A stretch of 46,120 bases of DNA from a bacterium. Lineage in GTDB: Bacteria > Desulfobacterota > DSWW01. The notes under the pieces were generated by a model. It made no database searches and was not told where the DNA came from. It saw only the letters and a list, made by a program, of their open reading frames with translations. The stretch spans positions 1-46,120 of the forward strand of contig JBFLZG010000048.1 in assembly GCA_040756235.1 (NCBI GenBank), read 5' to 3'. Shown here one piece after another: positions 30,184 to 39,293 of the stretch. Each line of letters starts with the position of its first letter. Within the stretch, counting starts at the first letter, position 1. A program made the translations under genes and the position numbers.

Positions 30184-30192
30184 TAGATACGG

Positions 30193-30217
30193 ACGGTGAG
30201 AGTCACGGGTTCAAATC
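30193..30217 (+). other. Degenerate tRNA-Val fragment (att-like remnant)
   Basis: ACGGTGAGAGTCACGGGTTCAAATC matches tRNA-Val 28374-28398 (ACGGTGGAAGTCACAGGTTCAAATC) at 22 of 25 positions. Confidence 0.6.
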
Positions 30218-30454
30218 GGGGCAAGCTCGATCAGACGGATAACGGCGAGTGAACCAGCCCCATCAAGGGGGCGGGACAAGCCCCCACCCCCTTGATTGCT
30301 TCTGCAGATCCCCTTCTTCGCGGATACCTGCCCCTGCCATCGTGTTTCTAATGAGATGAGCTTTCGCAGGATCGTCTCGTGCCCGGGGGCGTCCGGCTCA
30401 TTCTCCAATTTCCCGGCAGAAGGGCTGTGAAAGCTGCAGAAAGAAGAGGGCCCC

Positions 30455-32407
30455 TTGCTGAGAACGGGAGCCAAGAAGGCAAAGAGGAGTCCGTTCCCGA
30501 ACCAAGACAGGAGCTTCCGCAGGCTTCCGGTGGGCGCCGAAGTGATGCCCGGCAGGAAAGGTGGAGTTCACTTCCGCGTCTGGGCCCCGCGCTGCAGGCA
30601 GGTGTCCGTGGTCGTGGAAAGCGATACGGGAGCTGGCGGAAAGCATCGAGAATACCCCATGGAGCCGGAGGAAGGCGGATATTGCTCCCGGCAGGTCAGC
30701 CAAGCAAGGCCCGGAACGCTCTATCGCTACCGGCTGGACGAGCGCCTGTTCCCGGACCCGGCTTCCAGGTTCCAGCCGTCCGGGCCCGAAGGCCCTTCTC
30801 AGGTGATCGATCCCTCGGCTTTCCGCTGGACCGACGCGGACTGGAGCGGGGTGAGGCTGGAAGGCCAGGTCATCTGCGAGGTCCACATCGGGACCTTCAC
30901 ATCCAAGGGCACCTGGAAAGCCGCGGCGCGCCGGCTGAGCGAGCTCAAGCAGGTCGGAATCACCCTGGTGGAGCTCATGCCGGTGGCCGAGTTCTCCGGG
31001 CGGTTCGGCTGGGGCTACGATGGCGTCGATCTGTTCGCGCCCTTTCACGAGTATGGGGCTCCGGACGATTTCCGGTCCTTCGTGGATCAGGCTCACGCCC
31101 TCGGCATGGGAGTCGTCCTGGACGTCGTCTACAACCATTTCGGGCCGGTGGGCAATTTCTGGAGCGAGTTCTCCCTGGATTACTTTACGGATCGCTATGA
31201 AACCGAATGGGGCTATGCGATCAATTTCGACGGCGGCAACTCCGGACCGGTGCGGGAGCTGTTCGTGGCGAATGCCGGGTACTGGATCGAAGAATACCAC
31301 CTCGACGGCCTCCGCCTGGACGCCACCCAGTCGCTCCACGATCAATCGCCCGAGCACATCCTGGCCGCCCTGACGCGCAAGGCGCGCGAAAAGGGGAAAG
31401 GCAGGTCGCTCCTGATCACGGCGGAGAACGAGCCGCAGAACAGCCGCTTGCTTGCGCCGCCGGATGAGGGCGGATTCGGCATCGACGCCGTCTGGAACGA
31501 CGACTTTCATCACAGCGCGCGCGTGGCGCTGAGCGGGCGAAAGGAAGCCTACCACACCGACTATCTCGGATCGGCACAGGAATTCGTCTCTGCCGCCAAA
31601 TGGGGATACCTCTATCAGGGCCAGTTCTACTCCTGGCAGAACAAGTGCCGCGGCACGCCGGTGCTGGAGATCCGGGCTCCTCGCTTTATCAGCTACCTCG
31701 AGAACCACGATCAGATCGCCAACAGCCTGCGCGGGGAGCGGCTCCACCGGCTGGCCCACCCCGGCAAGTACCGGGCTCTGACCGCCCTCCTGCTGCTCAT
31801 GCCGGGCACGCCCTTGCTCTTCCAGGGGCAGGATTTCGGGGCCTCGAGCCCGTTCTGCTATTTCGCGGATCAGAGGGGCGATCTGGCCCGGGCAGTGGCT
31901 CGAGGCCGCACGGAATTCCTGCTGCAGTTCGCAAGCCTGCGCGATCCGGAAGCACAGGCCCTTCTTCCCGATCCCTCGCACCCGGGCACGTTCGAGCGGT
32001 GCAGGATCGATCACGCGGAACGGAAGAGCCATGCCGAGTCCAGCAACCTGCACCGCGACCTTCTGAGGATGAGGCGGGAGGATGCCGTGTTCCGGGAGCA
32101 GCGGACCGACTGGATGCAGGGTGCCGTCCTCGGACCCGATGCGTTTCTCCTGCGGTTTCTGGGAGGGGACCGGGGAGACAGGCTGATCGTTGTGAACCTG
32201 GGGGCGGACCGCACGCTCCTGCCGATTCCTGAGCCGCTGCTGGCTCCTCCGAAGGACTCGCACTGGGAGCTTCTGTGGTCGAGTGAGGCAGTCGCATACG
32301 GAGGAGGCGGCACGCCGCCCATGGAGACCGAGGGACGGTGGACCGTCCCCGGTCATGCCACGCTGGTTTTCGCGCCCAAGAAGGTGGTTCGTCTTGAGTA
32401 TGCCTGA
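30455..32407 (+). CDS. treZ: Malto-oligosyltrehalose trehalohydrolase-like GH13 enzyme
   Basis: FRVWAP, DPASRFQP, WGYDGV, DVVYNHFGP, DGLRLDAT, WNDDFHH and NHDQIAN; start uncertain. Confidence 0.88.
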   Translation: MLRTGAKKAKRSPFPNQDRSFRRLPVGAEVMPGRKGGVHFRVWAPRCRQVSVVVESDTGAGGKHREYPMEPEEGGYCSRQVSQARPGTLYRYRLDERLFPDPASRFQPSGPEGPSQVIDPSAFRWTDADWSGVRLEGQVICEVHIGTFTSKGTWKAAARRLSELKQVGITLVELMPVAEFSGRFGWGYDGVDLFAPFHEYGAPDDFRSFVDQAHALGMGVVLDVVYNHFGPVGNFWSEFSLDYFTDRYETEWGYAINFDGGNSGPVRELFVANAGYWIEEYHLDGLRLDATQSLHDQSPEHILAALTRKAREKGKGRSLLITAENEPQNSRLLAPPDEGGFGIDAVWNDDFHHSARVALSGRKEAYHTDYLGSAQEFVSAAKWGYLYQGQFYSWQNKCRGTPVLEIRAPRFISYLENHDQIANSLRGERLHRLAHPGKYRALTALLLLMPGTPLLFQGQDFGASSPFCYFADQRGDLARAVARGRTEFLLQFASLRDPEAQALLPDPSHPGTFERCRIDHAERKSHAESSNLHRDLLRMRREDAVFREQRTDWMQGAVLGPDAFLLRFLGGDRGDRLIVVNLGADRTLLPIPEPLLAPPKDSHWELLWSSEAVAYGGGGTPPMETEGRWTVPGHATLVFAPKKVVRLEYA

Positions 32408-34505
32408 CACAGCGGACCCGGGCATCGCACCCGTCGTCCGCTCCTTCCGCCGGGGCGAAGGAGAGCCGGACCTCGAGGCTCTGCTGAGCCGCGAATGGTT
32501 GGTGCCCAATGGGCTCGGCGGATATGCTTCCAGCTCCGTCGCCGGGGTCTGCACGCGCAAGTACCACGGCCTGCTGGTGGCGGCCGTCGCGGCACCCCAC
32601 GGCCGCATGGTCATGCTGCACGATCTGGACGAAGAGATCCGCCTGTCCGACGGGACCGTTGCGGAGCTGAGCGGCCACTTCAGGCCGGGAGGGGAGCTTC
32701 ACTTTCCGGGAGTGCAATGCCTGAAGGAGTTCCGCCTGGAAAACGGCCTGCCGGTATGGCGCTACCAGGTTCGGGACGTGGCGATCGAAAAGCGCGTGCT
32801 CTTGCCCCACTTCCAGAACACCGCCCACATCCGGTATCGGCTGGCATCCGGGGCGGGGCCGGTGCGGTTGAGACTGCGGCCCTTCTTTCGATTTCGATCG
32901 GTCCATGAGGAGCTGAGCGCCGAGCCGGAAGAGCCCTACGACGTCCAGGTGGCCGGAGATCGGTTCGAGGTGGCCAAAGACCCGCGACTGCCTGCTCTAC
33001 GGCTCTACCTGTACGGGGAAGAGGGATCTTTCCGCATGGAGGGCGAGCGCTGCCGTGCGCAGGAGTACCCGACCGAGGCCAGACGCGGCTATGCGTGCCG
33101 GGAGAGCACCTGGACCCCGGGTTTCTTCCAGGTATACGCATCCCGGGGGGAAACGGCCGCGCTGGTCGCCTCCATCGAGCCCTGGGAGGTCATGCTCCAA
33201 TTGGACCCCGTCGATGCTTTGCGGGCCGAGACGGGCAGGCGCCAGCGCCTCCTTTCGATCGCCCCTCCCGGGTCTCGTTCGGGTGTCGGGGGCGAGCTCG
33301 TGCTCGCTGCGGACCCGTTCATCATCGCTCCCGTCGCCCGGGTCGGGGACAACGTCCGGGCCCGGGCCTGGGGAGACGAGGTCCGCTCGGTGATCGCCGG
33401 GTACCACTGGTTCACCGACTGGGGCCGCGACACCATGATCAGCCTCGAAGGACTCGCCATGGCGACCGGGCGGTTCTCCGAAGCGGGGTACGTCCTGCGC
33501 ACCTTCGCCTACTATGTGAAGGACGGCTTGATACCCAACCTCTTCCCGGAAGGGCAGACCGAGGGCCTCTACCATACCGCTGACGCGACCCTCTGGTTCT
33601 TCCACGCCGTCGATCGCTTTCTCCGGCTCTCACAGGATCGGGCTGCTCTGCGCCAGTTGCTTCCGGTGCTCGAGCAAATCGTGGACCGGCACGTCCGGGG
33701 GACGCGGTTCGGCATCGGCGTGGATCCTGCGGACGGCCTGCTGCGCCAGGGGCACCCCGGATTGCCGCTGACGTGGATGGACGCCAAGTGGCGCGACTGG
33801 GTAATCACGCCGCGGCGGGGCAAGGCCGTCGAGATCAACGCGCTCTGGTACAACGCCCTGCGGGTGCTCCAGGAATGGTTGGTCCGGAGCGAGCGGGAGC
33901 GGGCGGCGCAAACGATCTCGGAGCGCGCAGACCGGGTCTATGCATCGTTCAACCGGAAATTCTGGTACGAGCCGGGAGGGTATCTGTACGACGTGGTGGA
34001 CGGGGAGGGCGGAGACGACCCGAGCCTGAGGCCCAACCAGGTGTTTGCCATATCTCTGCCCCGCCCGGTGCTCGATCCGTCCCGGTGGAAGTCGGTCGTC
34101 CGGGTCGTTCACGAGAGGCTTCTGACGCCCTTCGGGCTGCGATCTCTCGACCCGGCCGATCCCAAGTACAAACGGGATTACGGGGGCGACCTGCGGACCC
34201 GGGATTCCGCCTATCACCAGGGCAGCGTCTGGAGCTGGCTGATCGGTCCCTACGTGGATGCGTGGCTGAAGGTTTACCCGCAAGAGCAGCGACAGGCACG
34301 GCGGTTTCTGGATGGTTTGGTCGACCATCTCGGCGAGGCGTGCATGGGCTCGGTGAGCGAGGTCTTTGACGGAGATCCTCCCTTTCGTCCGGAAGGCTGC
34401 ATCTCGCAAGCCTGGAGCGTGGCCGAGCTCATGCGCTCCTGGGTGAATACCGCTGAGCCCGACGGGGTGGACGGAACCGACGATCGTGAGGGGGAGCCCC
34501 CATGA
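32400..34505 (+). CDS. Amylo-alpha-1,6-glucosidase (glycogen debranching, GDE family)
   Basis: EWLVPNGLGGYAS, AGYHWFTDWGRDTMISL, LTWMDAK, VEINALWYN and SQAWSVAE. Confidence 0.92.
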   Translation: MPDTADPGIAPVVRSFRRGEGEPDLEALLSREWLVPNGLGGYASSSVAGVCTRKYHGLLVAAVAAPHGRMVMLHDLDEEIRLSDGTVAELSGHFRPGGELHFPGVQCLKEFRLENGLPVWRYQVRDVAIEKRVLLPHFQNTAHIRYRLASGAGPVRLRLRPFFRFRSVHEELSAEPEEPYDVQVAGDRFEVAKDPRLPALRLYLYGEEGSFRMEGERCRAQEYPTEARRGYACRESTWTPGFFQVYASRGETAALVASIEPWEVMLQLDPVDALRAETGRRQRLLSIAPPGSRSGVGGELVLAADPFIIAPVARVGDNVRARAWGDEVRSVIAGYHWFTDWGRDTMISLEGLAMATGRFSEAGYVLRTFAYYVKDGLIPNLFPEGQTEGLYHTADATLWFFHAVDRFLRLSQDRAALRQLLPVLEQIVDRHVRGTRFGIGVDPADGLLRQGHPGLPLTWMDAKWRDWVITPRRGKAVEINALWYNALRVLQEWLVRSERERAAQTISERADRVYASFNRKFWYEPGGYLYDVVDGEGGDDPSLRPNQVFAISLPRPVLDPSRWKSVVRVVHERLLTPFGLRSLDPADPKYKRDYGGDLRTRDSAYHQGSVWSWLIGPYVDAWLKVYPQEQRQARRFLDGLVDHLGEACMGSVSEVFDGDPPFRPEGCISQAWSVAELMRSWVNTAEPDGVDGTDDREGEPP

Positions 34506-35057
34506 AACCTGAACGAGCCCTGGTGATCTTCAATCCGAAGTCCCTGAAGGGCGAAACGGACGTGTCCGCCGCCATTTCCTCGCTTCGGAGTCAGGGCGTG
34601 GACACGGCCCTGGCGCGGCCGGAGTCGCAGGATGAGCTCGCCCGGGTGATCCTGGGCCGGGCGGACCACATAGATGCGGTGATTCTGGGCCGCGGAGACG
34701 GGACGATCCATCACGCCCTCGAGCCGGTCCTGCAGTGCGGACTGCCCTCTCGGCATCCTTCCCCTGGGCACGGCCAACGACCTGGCGCGCACGCTGCGCA
34801 TCCCGCAAAGCAGCGAGGAGGCCTGCAGGGTCATTGCAGAAGGCCGGGTCCACCGGATCGACCTCGGACGGGTGAACGACAAGTATTTTCTGAATGTCGC
34901 CCACATCGGGCTGGGCGTCGAGGTCAAACGGCAGCTTTCCCCGGACAAGAAGAGACTGTGGACGGAAGCGCTCCTGCGCGGGCATCAGGCCGAGGTTCGG
35001 CGGATGCGCTTGCTTCTGGAAGCGGCGGCGAGGACGCTCTCCTCCGAATCGTCCTGA
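34502..35057 (+). pseudogene. Diacylglycerol/lipid kinase (YegS-like) pseudogene
   Basis: FNPKS and GRGDGT, then a frameshift near 34750 into GILPLGTANDLAR...IDLGRVNDKYFLNVAHIG; truncated. Confidence 0.8.
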
Positions 35058-35177
35058 AATAACGCGCGCTTGACCCGCAAGGGTTATTGCCTTCCCTTCG
35101 ATGATTGATCTAATATGCGTGCGGAGCAACAGGATCGGGCAACCCGAAGGGGCTGGTCGGCCAGGAGGAAAATCCAG

Positions 35178-35933
35178 ATGTCCGGGCACTCAAAGTGGCA
35201 TAGCATCCGGCACAAGAAGGGGAAAGAGGACGCCAAGAGGGGGAAGATCTTCACCAAGCTGATCCGCGAGCTGACGGTCAGCGCGCGCAGCGGAGGCGGC
35301 GATCCCTCGATGAACCCCAGGCTGCGGGCGGCCATCGTGCATGCCAAAGCAGAAAACATGCCCGCGGACAACATCGATCGCGCCATCAAGAAGGGAACCG
35401 GAGAGCTCGAGGGCGTGCGCTACGAGGAGTGCTCCTTCGAGGGCCACGGCCCGGGCGGGACCGCCATACTGATCGAGGCGATGACCGACAACAAGAACCG
35501 CTGCACCGCGGAGATCCGGCACATCTTCACCCGCCACAACGGCAGTCTCGGCACGCCGGGGAGCGTCTCCTGGCAGTTCACCAAGAAAGGGTACTTCGCG
35601 TTTCCCAATGACAAGGTTTCCGAGGACGATCTGATGGAGACGGCCCTGGAAGCGGGCGCCGAGGACGTGGTGGAGAATCCCGACGAGCAGACCTTCGAGG
35701 TGCTGACGCCCCCGGAGAGCTTTCTCGGGGTCAAGGACGTGTTCGAGAAGAAGGGGCTGGCCTATCAGACCGCCGAGGTCACCATGATTCCGAAGAATAC
35801 GGTCCGGCTCCAGGGGAAAGAGGCGGAGCAGGTCTTGCGGCTGGTCGACCTGCTGGAAGACAACGATGACGTGCAGAACGTCTACGCCAACTTCGACATC
35901 TCCAGGGAAGAAATGGAGCGCCTGAATGCCTGA
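35178..35933 (+). CDS. yebC: YebC/PmpR family protein
   Basis: [27 protein letters not shown] and DDVQNVYAN. Confidence 0.96.
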   Translation: MSGHSKWHSIRHKKGKEDAKRGKIFTKLIRELTVSARSGGGDPSMNPRLRAAIVHAKAENMPADNIDRAIKKGTGELEGVRYEECSFEGHGPGGTAILIEAMTDNKNRCTAEIRHIFTRHNGSLGTPGSVSWQFTKKGYFAFPNDKVSEDDLMETALEAGAEDVVENPDEQTFEVLTPPESFLGVKDVFEKKGLAYQTAEVTMIPKNTVRLQGKEAEQVLRLVDLLEDNDDVQNVYANFDISREEMERLNA

Positions 35934-35960
35934 GGGGGGCGCCCCGGAAACGGCGGAGCG

Positions 35961-36482
35961 ATGCGGGTAATCGGCATCGACCCCGGGGTCTCCCACCTCG
36001 GGTTCGGCGTGGTGGACACGGCGGCCCGGGATCGACTCGTCCCGGTGGCCAGCGGGACGATCCGCACCAACCCCCGGTGTGCCTTCCAGCAGAGGCTTTC
36101 CGACCTTCACTGCGAGCTGGAGAAGCTGTTCCATCAGTACGGCCCCGAGCACATGGCCATCGAAGAGGTCTTCTTTGCGAAGAACGTGCGCTCCGCGCTG
36201 CTGCTCGGACAGGCCCGGGGCGTCGTGCTCCTTTCCGCCGCTCTCGCCCATATACCCGTCTTCGAATACTCGGCCACGGAGATCAAGAAGGCGCTCTGCT
36301 CCTACGGGCATGCCGGCAAGGATCAGATCCAGGCCATGGTGAAGGTGCTGCTCGGTCTGGAGGGCCTTCTGACCGACCATGCCTCGGACGCGCTGGCCGC
36401 TTCGATCTGCCATGCCCACAGCTTTCGCCCGCCCGTCGCGGCTTGTGCCGGCTCGAGAGGATGTCGGAAGAGAGCCTTCTGA
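35961..36482 (+). CDS. ruvC: Holliday junction resolvase
   Basis: IGIDPG, AIEEVF, GQARGV and DALAASICH. Confidence 0.95.
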   Translation: MRVIGIDPGVSHLGFGVVDTAARDRLVPVASGTIRTNPRCAFQQRLSDLHCELEKLFHQYGPEHMAIEEVFFAKNVRSALLLGQARGVVLLSAALAHIPVFEYSATEIKKALCSYGHAGKDQIQAMVKVLLGLEGLLTDHASDALAASICHAHSFRPPVAACAGSRGCRKRAF

Positions 36483-36498
36483 GAGGGGGTGCGCAAAC

Positions 36499-37107
36499 TT
36501 GATCGGCAGCCTCCGCGGCATCCTGACGAGCAAGTCGCCTCAGACCATCCTCGTGGACCTGAGCGGGATCGGGCTCGAGGTCGCGGTGCCTCTGTCCACG
36601 CTGTACGAGCTGCCCGAGCCCGGAGCCGAGGTCCGCCTGTTCGTGCACACCCACGTGCGGGAGAACCAGATCCTGCTGGTCGGGTTCCTGCGCCAGGAGG
36701 AGAAGGAGGTGTTCCGCTTCCTCACGACCGTCAGCGGGGTCGGACCGCGCCTGGCCTTGAACATCCTCTCCTCGCTGCCGCCGGAAGAGCTGCTCGAAGC
36801 CATCTTGCAGGAGGACAGCCATCGGCTTCGCACCGTGCCCGGAGTGGGCAAGAAGATGGCCGAACGGATCGTGGTAGAGCTCAAAGACCGGATCCCTCCG
36901 CGCGCGGTGCAGCTCGGGCGCACGCAGCCGGCCTCCTCCAAACAGAGGCCGGTCTATCTGGAAGCGCTCTCCGCTCTTCTGAATCTGGGGTACAACCGGA
37001 AGGAGGCCGAAGGGGCTCTGGAGACGGTGCTGGAGAAAGAGGGCGCGGCCGAGGAGCTCCGCGTGGAGAGCCTGCTCAAGTCCTCTCTTCGGCTGCTGGC
37101 GAAATAG
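36499..37107 (+). CDS. ruvA: Holliday junction branch migration protein
   Basis: TTG start IGSLRG; HVRE, SGVGPRLA, PGVGKKMAERIVVELK and ALLNLGY. Confidence 0.95.
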   Translation: MIGSLRGILTSKSPQTILVDLSGIGLEVAVPLSTLYELPEPGAEVRLFVHTHVRENQILLVGFLRQEEKEVFRFLTTVSGVGPRLALNILSSLPPEELLEAILQEDSHRLRTVPGVGKKMAERIVVELKDRIPPRAVQLGRTQPASSKQRPVYLEALSALLNLGYNRKEAEGALETVLEKEGAAEELRVESLLKSSLRLLAK

Positions 37108-37110
37108 GTA

Positions 37111-37295
37111 GAGCCTGTACCGACAGGCTCGATTCAGAGGCTGTTCAAAAATGCCCAGATGCAAGGCAGGCGAAATCCTGAGGAATGAGGCGTACACGGG
37201 AGGCACGGTGGACCCCGGCCTTCGCCGGGGCAGGCTCCCCCAGCCTCCATCCCCGACGAGCCGAACGCCGCAGATGGGCGTTTTGGGACAGCCTC
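37111..37295 (+). repeat. Long-hairpin intergenic repeat, copy 4 (between ruvA and ruvB, with substituted interior)
   Basis: GAGCCTGTACCGACAGGCTC-GATTCA-GAGGCTGTTCAAAAATGCCCAGATGCAAGG...GCAGATGGGCGTTTTGGGACAGCCTC. Confidence 0.9.
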
Positions 37296-37312
37296 TAAGG
37301 TTCTGAACGGAA

Positions 37313-38344
37313 ATGGCCACCAAGACCAAGGGACCGCCTCTCGGCCCGGACCGCGACCAGGACGAGGATCTGCTCGAGGGCAGCCTGCGGCCCGGCAGTC
37401 TGGAGGAGTTCGTCGGGCAGGAGACCCTGAGGGAAAAGCTGCGCATCTTCATCGACGCGGCCAGGCGGAGGAGCGAGCCACTAGACCACGTGCTCCTCTA
37501 TGGTCCTCCGGGCCTCGGCAAGACCACGCTCGCCTACATCCTGTCGCGCGAATTGGACGTGCACATCCGGGTCACTTCCGGGCCGGCCGTGGAAAGACAG
37601 GGTGATCTGGCGGCGATCCTGACCAATCTGGAGCCGGGAGACGTTCTGTTCATCGACGAAATCCACCGGCTGCCGCGCATTGTGGAGGAGATCCTCTACC
37701 CGGCCATGGAGGATTTCCAGCTGGACATCATCATCGGGCAGGGGCCGAGCGCGCGGGCGATCAAACTGGACCTTCCCCGCTTCACGCTCGTGGGGGCGAC
37801 GACGCGGGCTGGGCTGCTCACCTCGCCGCTGCGGACCCGCTTCGGGGTGATCGAGCGCCTGGACTTCTACGCGCCGGAGGAGATCGAGCAGATCCTCCAG
37901 CGGTCCGCCAGGGTGCTGGAGGTCCCGTTCACGCGGGACGGCTTGTTCGAGATCGCCCGCCGCTCGCGCGGGACTCCCCGCATCGCCAACCGCCTCCTGA
38001 GAAGGGTCCGGGACGTGGCGCAGGAGAGGGGAAAGGGGATCATCGACGAGCCCTTGGCCGCCATGGCCCTGGAGTTCCTGGAAGTGGATGACCGTGGGCT
38101 CGACAAGATGGACCGGAAGATCCTGCTGACCGTGATCGAGCAGTTCCGCGGAGGGCCGGTGGGGATCGAGACCCTTTCGGCCGCCGTGAACGAGGCGACC
38201 GATACCATCGAGGACGTCCACGAGCCGTATCTGATCCAGAGCGGGCTCCTGAGCCGAACCAAGCAGGGACGCATGGCCACTCACCTCGCCTTCGAGTACT
38301 TCAAGATGCGGCCCCCGTGGACCAAGCAGGAAGATTTGCTTTAG
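37313..38344 (+). CDS. ruvB: Holliday junction branch migration helicase
   Basis: [29 protein letters not shown] and [12 protein letters not shown]. Confidence 0.97.
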   Translation: MATKTKGPPLGPDRDQDEDLLEGSLRPGSLEEFVGQETLREKLRIFIDAARRRSEPLDHVLLYGPPGLGKTTLAYILSRELDVHIRVTSGPAVERQGDLAAILTNLEPGDVLFIDEIHRLPRIVEEILYPAMEDFQLDIIIGQGPSARAIKLDLPRFTLVGATTRAGLLTSPLRTRFGVIERLDFYAPEEIEQILQRSARVLEVPFTRDGLFEIARRSRGTPRIANRLLRRVRDVAQERGKGIIDEPLAAMALEFLEVDDRGLDKMDRKILLTVIEQFRGGPVGIETLSAAVNEATDTIEDVHEPYLIQSGLLSRTKQGRMATHLAFEYFKMRPPWTKQEDLL

Positions 38345-38363
38345 CAGGCCGTCAACGCAACCT

Positions 38364-38391
38364 GTAGGGGCGAAGAATCTTTCGTCCCTGC
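38364..38391. repeat. GTAG-type REP palindrome (degenerate)
   Basis: GTAGGGGCGAAGAATCTTTCGTCCCTGC. Confidence 0.65.
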
Positions 38392-38544
38392 GTCGCCTTG
38401 CATCAGCGGCTTCCCTTGCATTTCTCATCCCTGTAAAGTAGATAGCTGGAGGGTAAATAGTCGGGCACGCCTGCCGCGGGCAGGGTGCCATACGGGCGGT
38501 TCCGGCGGCTTCCCTTTCCGATCTGCGATTGCGGAGAGACAGTC

Positions 38545-39204
38545 ATGAAGATCCAATGGTTGGGACACGCTTCTTTTTTGATCACGACCCGGGACGGCAC
38601 CCAGATCGTGATGGACCCGTACGAGTCCGGCGCCTACGGGGGCGCACTGGCTTATGGACCCATCGAAGCGGCTCCGCAGATCGTGACGATCAGCCACGAC
38701 CAGCACGAGGACCATAACTACACCGGCTCTCTCAAAGGCAGCCCGACCATCGTGAAGGGGCCGGGCCAGGATACGATTCGAGGGATCGAGATCCGCCGGG
38801 TGCGGACCTTTCATGACAACTCGGGCGGCAAGGAGCGGGGGGAGAACCTGGTGGTCTGCATCCGGGCCGACGGGGTCCGGCTCGCTCACCTGGGAGACTT
38901 GGGCCACGTGCTGACTCCGGAGCAGGTTCGCGAGATCGACGGAGTCGACGTGCTGCTGAGCCCGGTGGGCGGCCTGTTCACCATCGATCCGAAGGAGGCG
39001 ACCGAGGTCGCCGCGCAGCTCCGGCCGAAAATCCTGATTCCCATGCACTACAAGACTGCCAAGTGCGGGTTTCCGATCGCCGAGATAGAGGCTTTTCTCG
39101 AAGGGAAGCAGCGGGTGCGGCGGCTTGCGGACTCCACGCTCGAGGTGCAGGCGGATGAGCTCCCGGAGGCGACCGAGATCGTTGTCCTCCGGCATGCCCT
39201 TTGA
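38545..39204 (+). CDS. MBL-fold metallo-hydrolase
   Basis: WLGHASF, DPY, ISHDQHEDHN, HLGDLG and IPMHY. Confidence 0.9.
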   Translation: MKIQWLGHASFLITTRDGTQIVMDPYESGAYGGALAYGPIEAAPQIVTISHDQHEDHNYTGSLKGSPTIVKGPGQDTIRGIEIRRVRTFHDNSGGKERGENLVVCIRADGVRLAHLGDLGHVLTPEQVREIDGVDVLLSPVGGLFTIDPKEATEVAAQLRPKILIPMHYKTAKCGFPIAEIEAFLEGKQRVRRLADSTLEVQADELPEATEIVVLRHAL

Positions 39205-39293
39205 TCCCTCGGGCGCTTTCGCGAGGCATGGCAGCCTCTGAAGCGGACGAGGATGAAGCGACGAAGACGAGGAAGGAAGGCGGTGGAGAGGCT

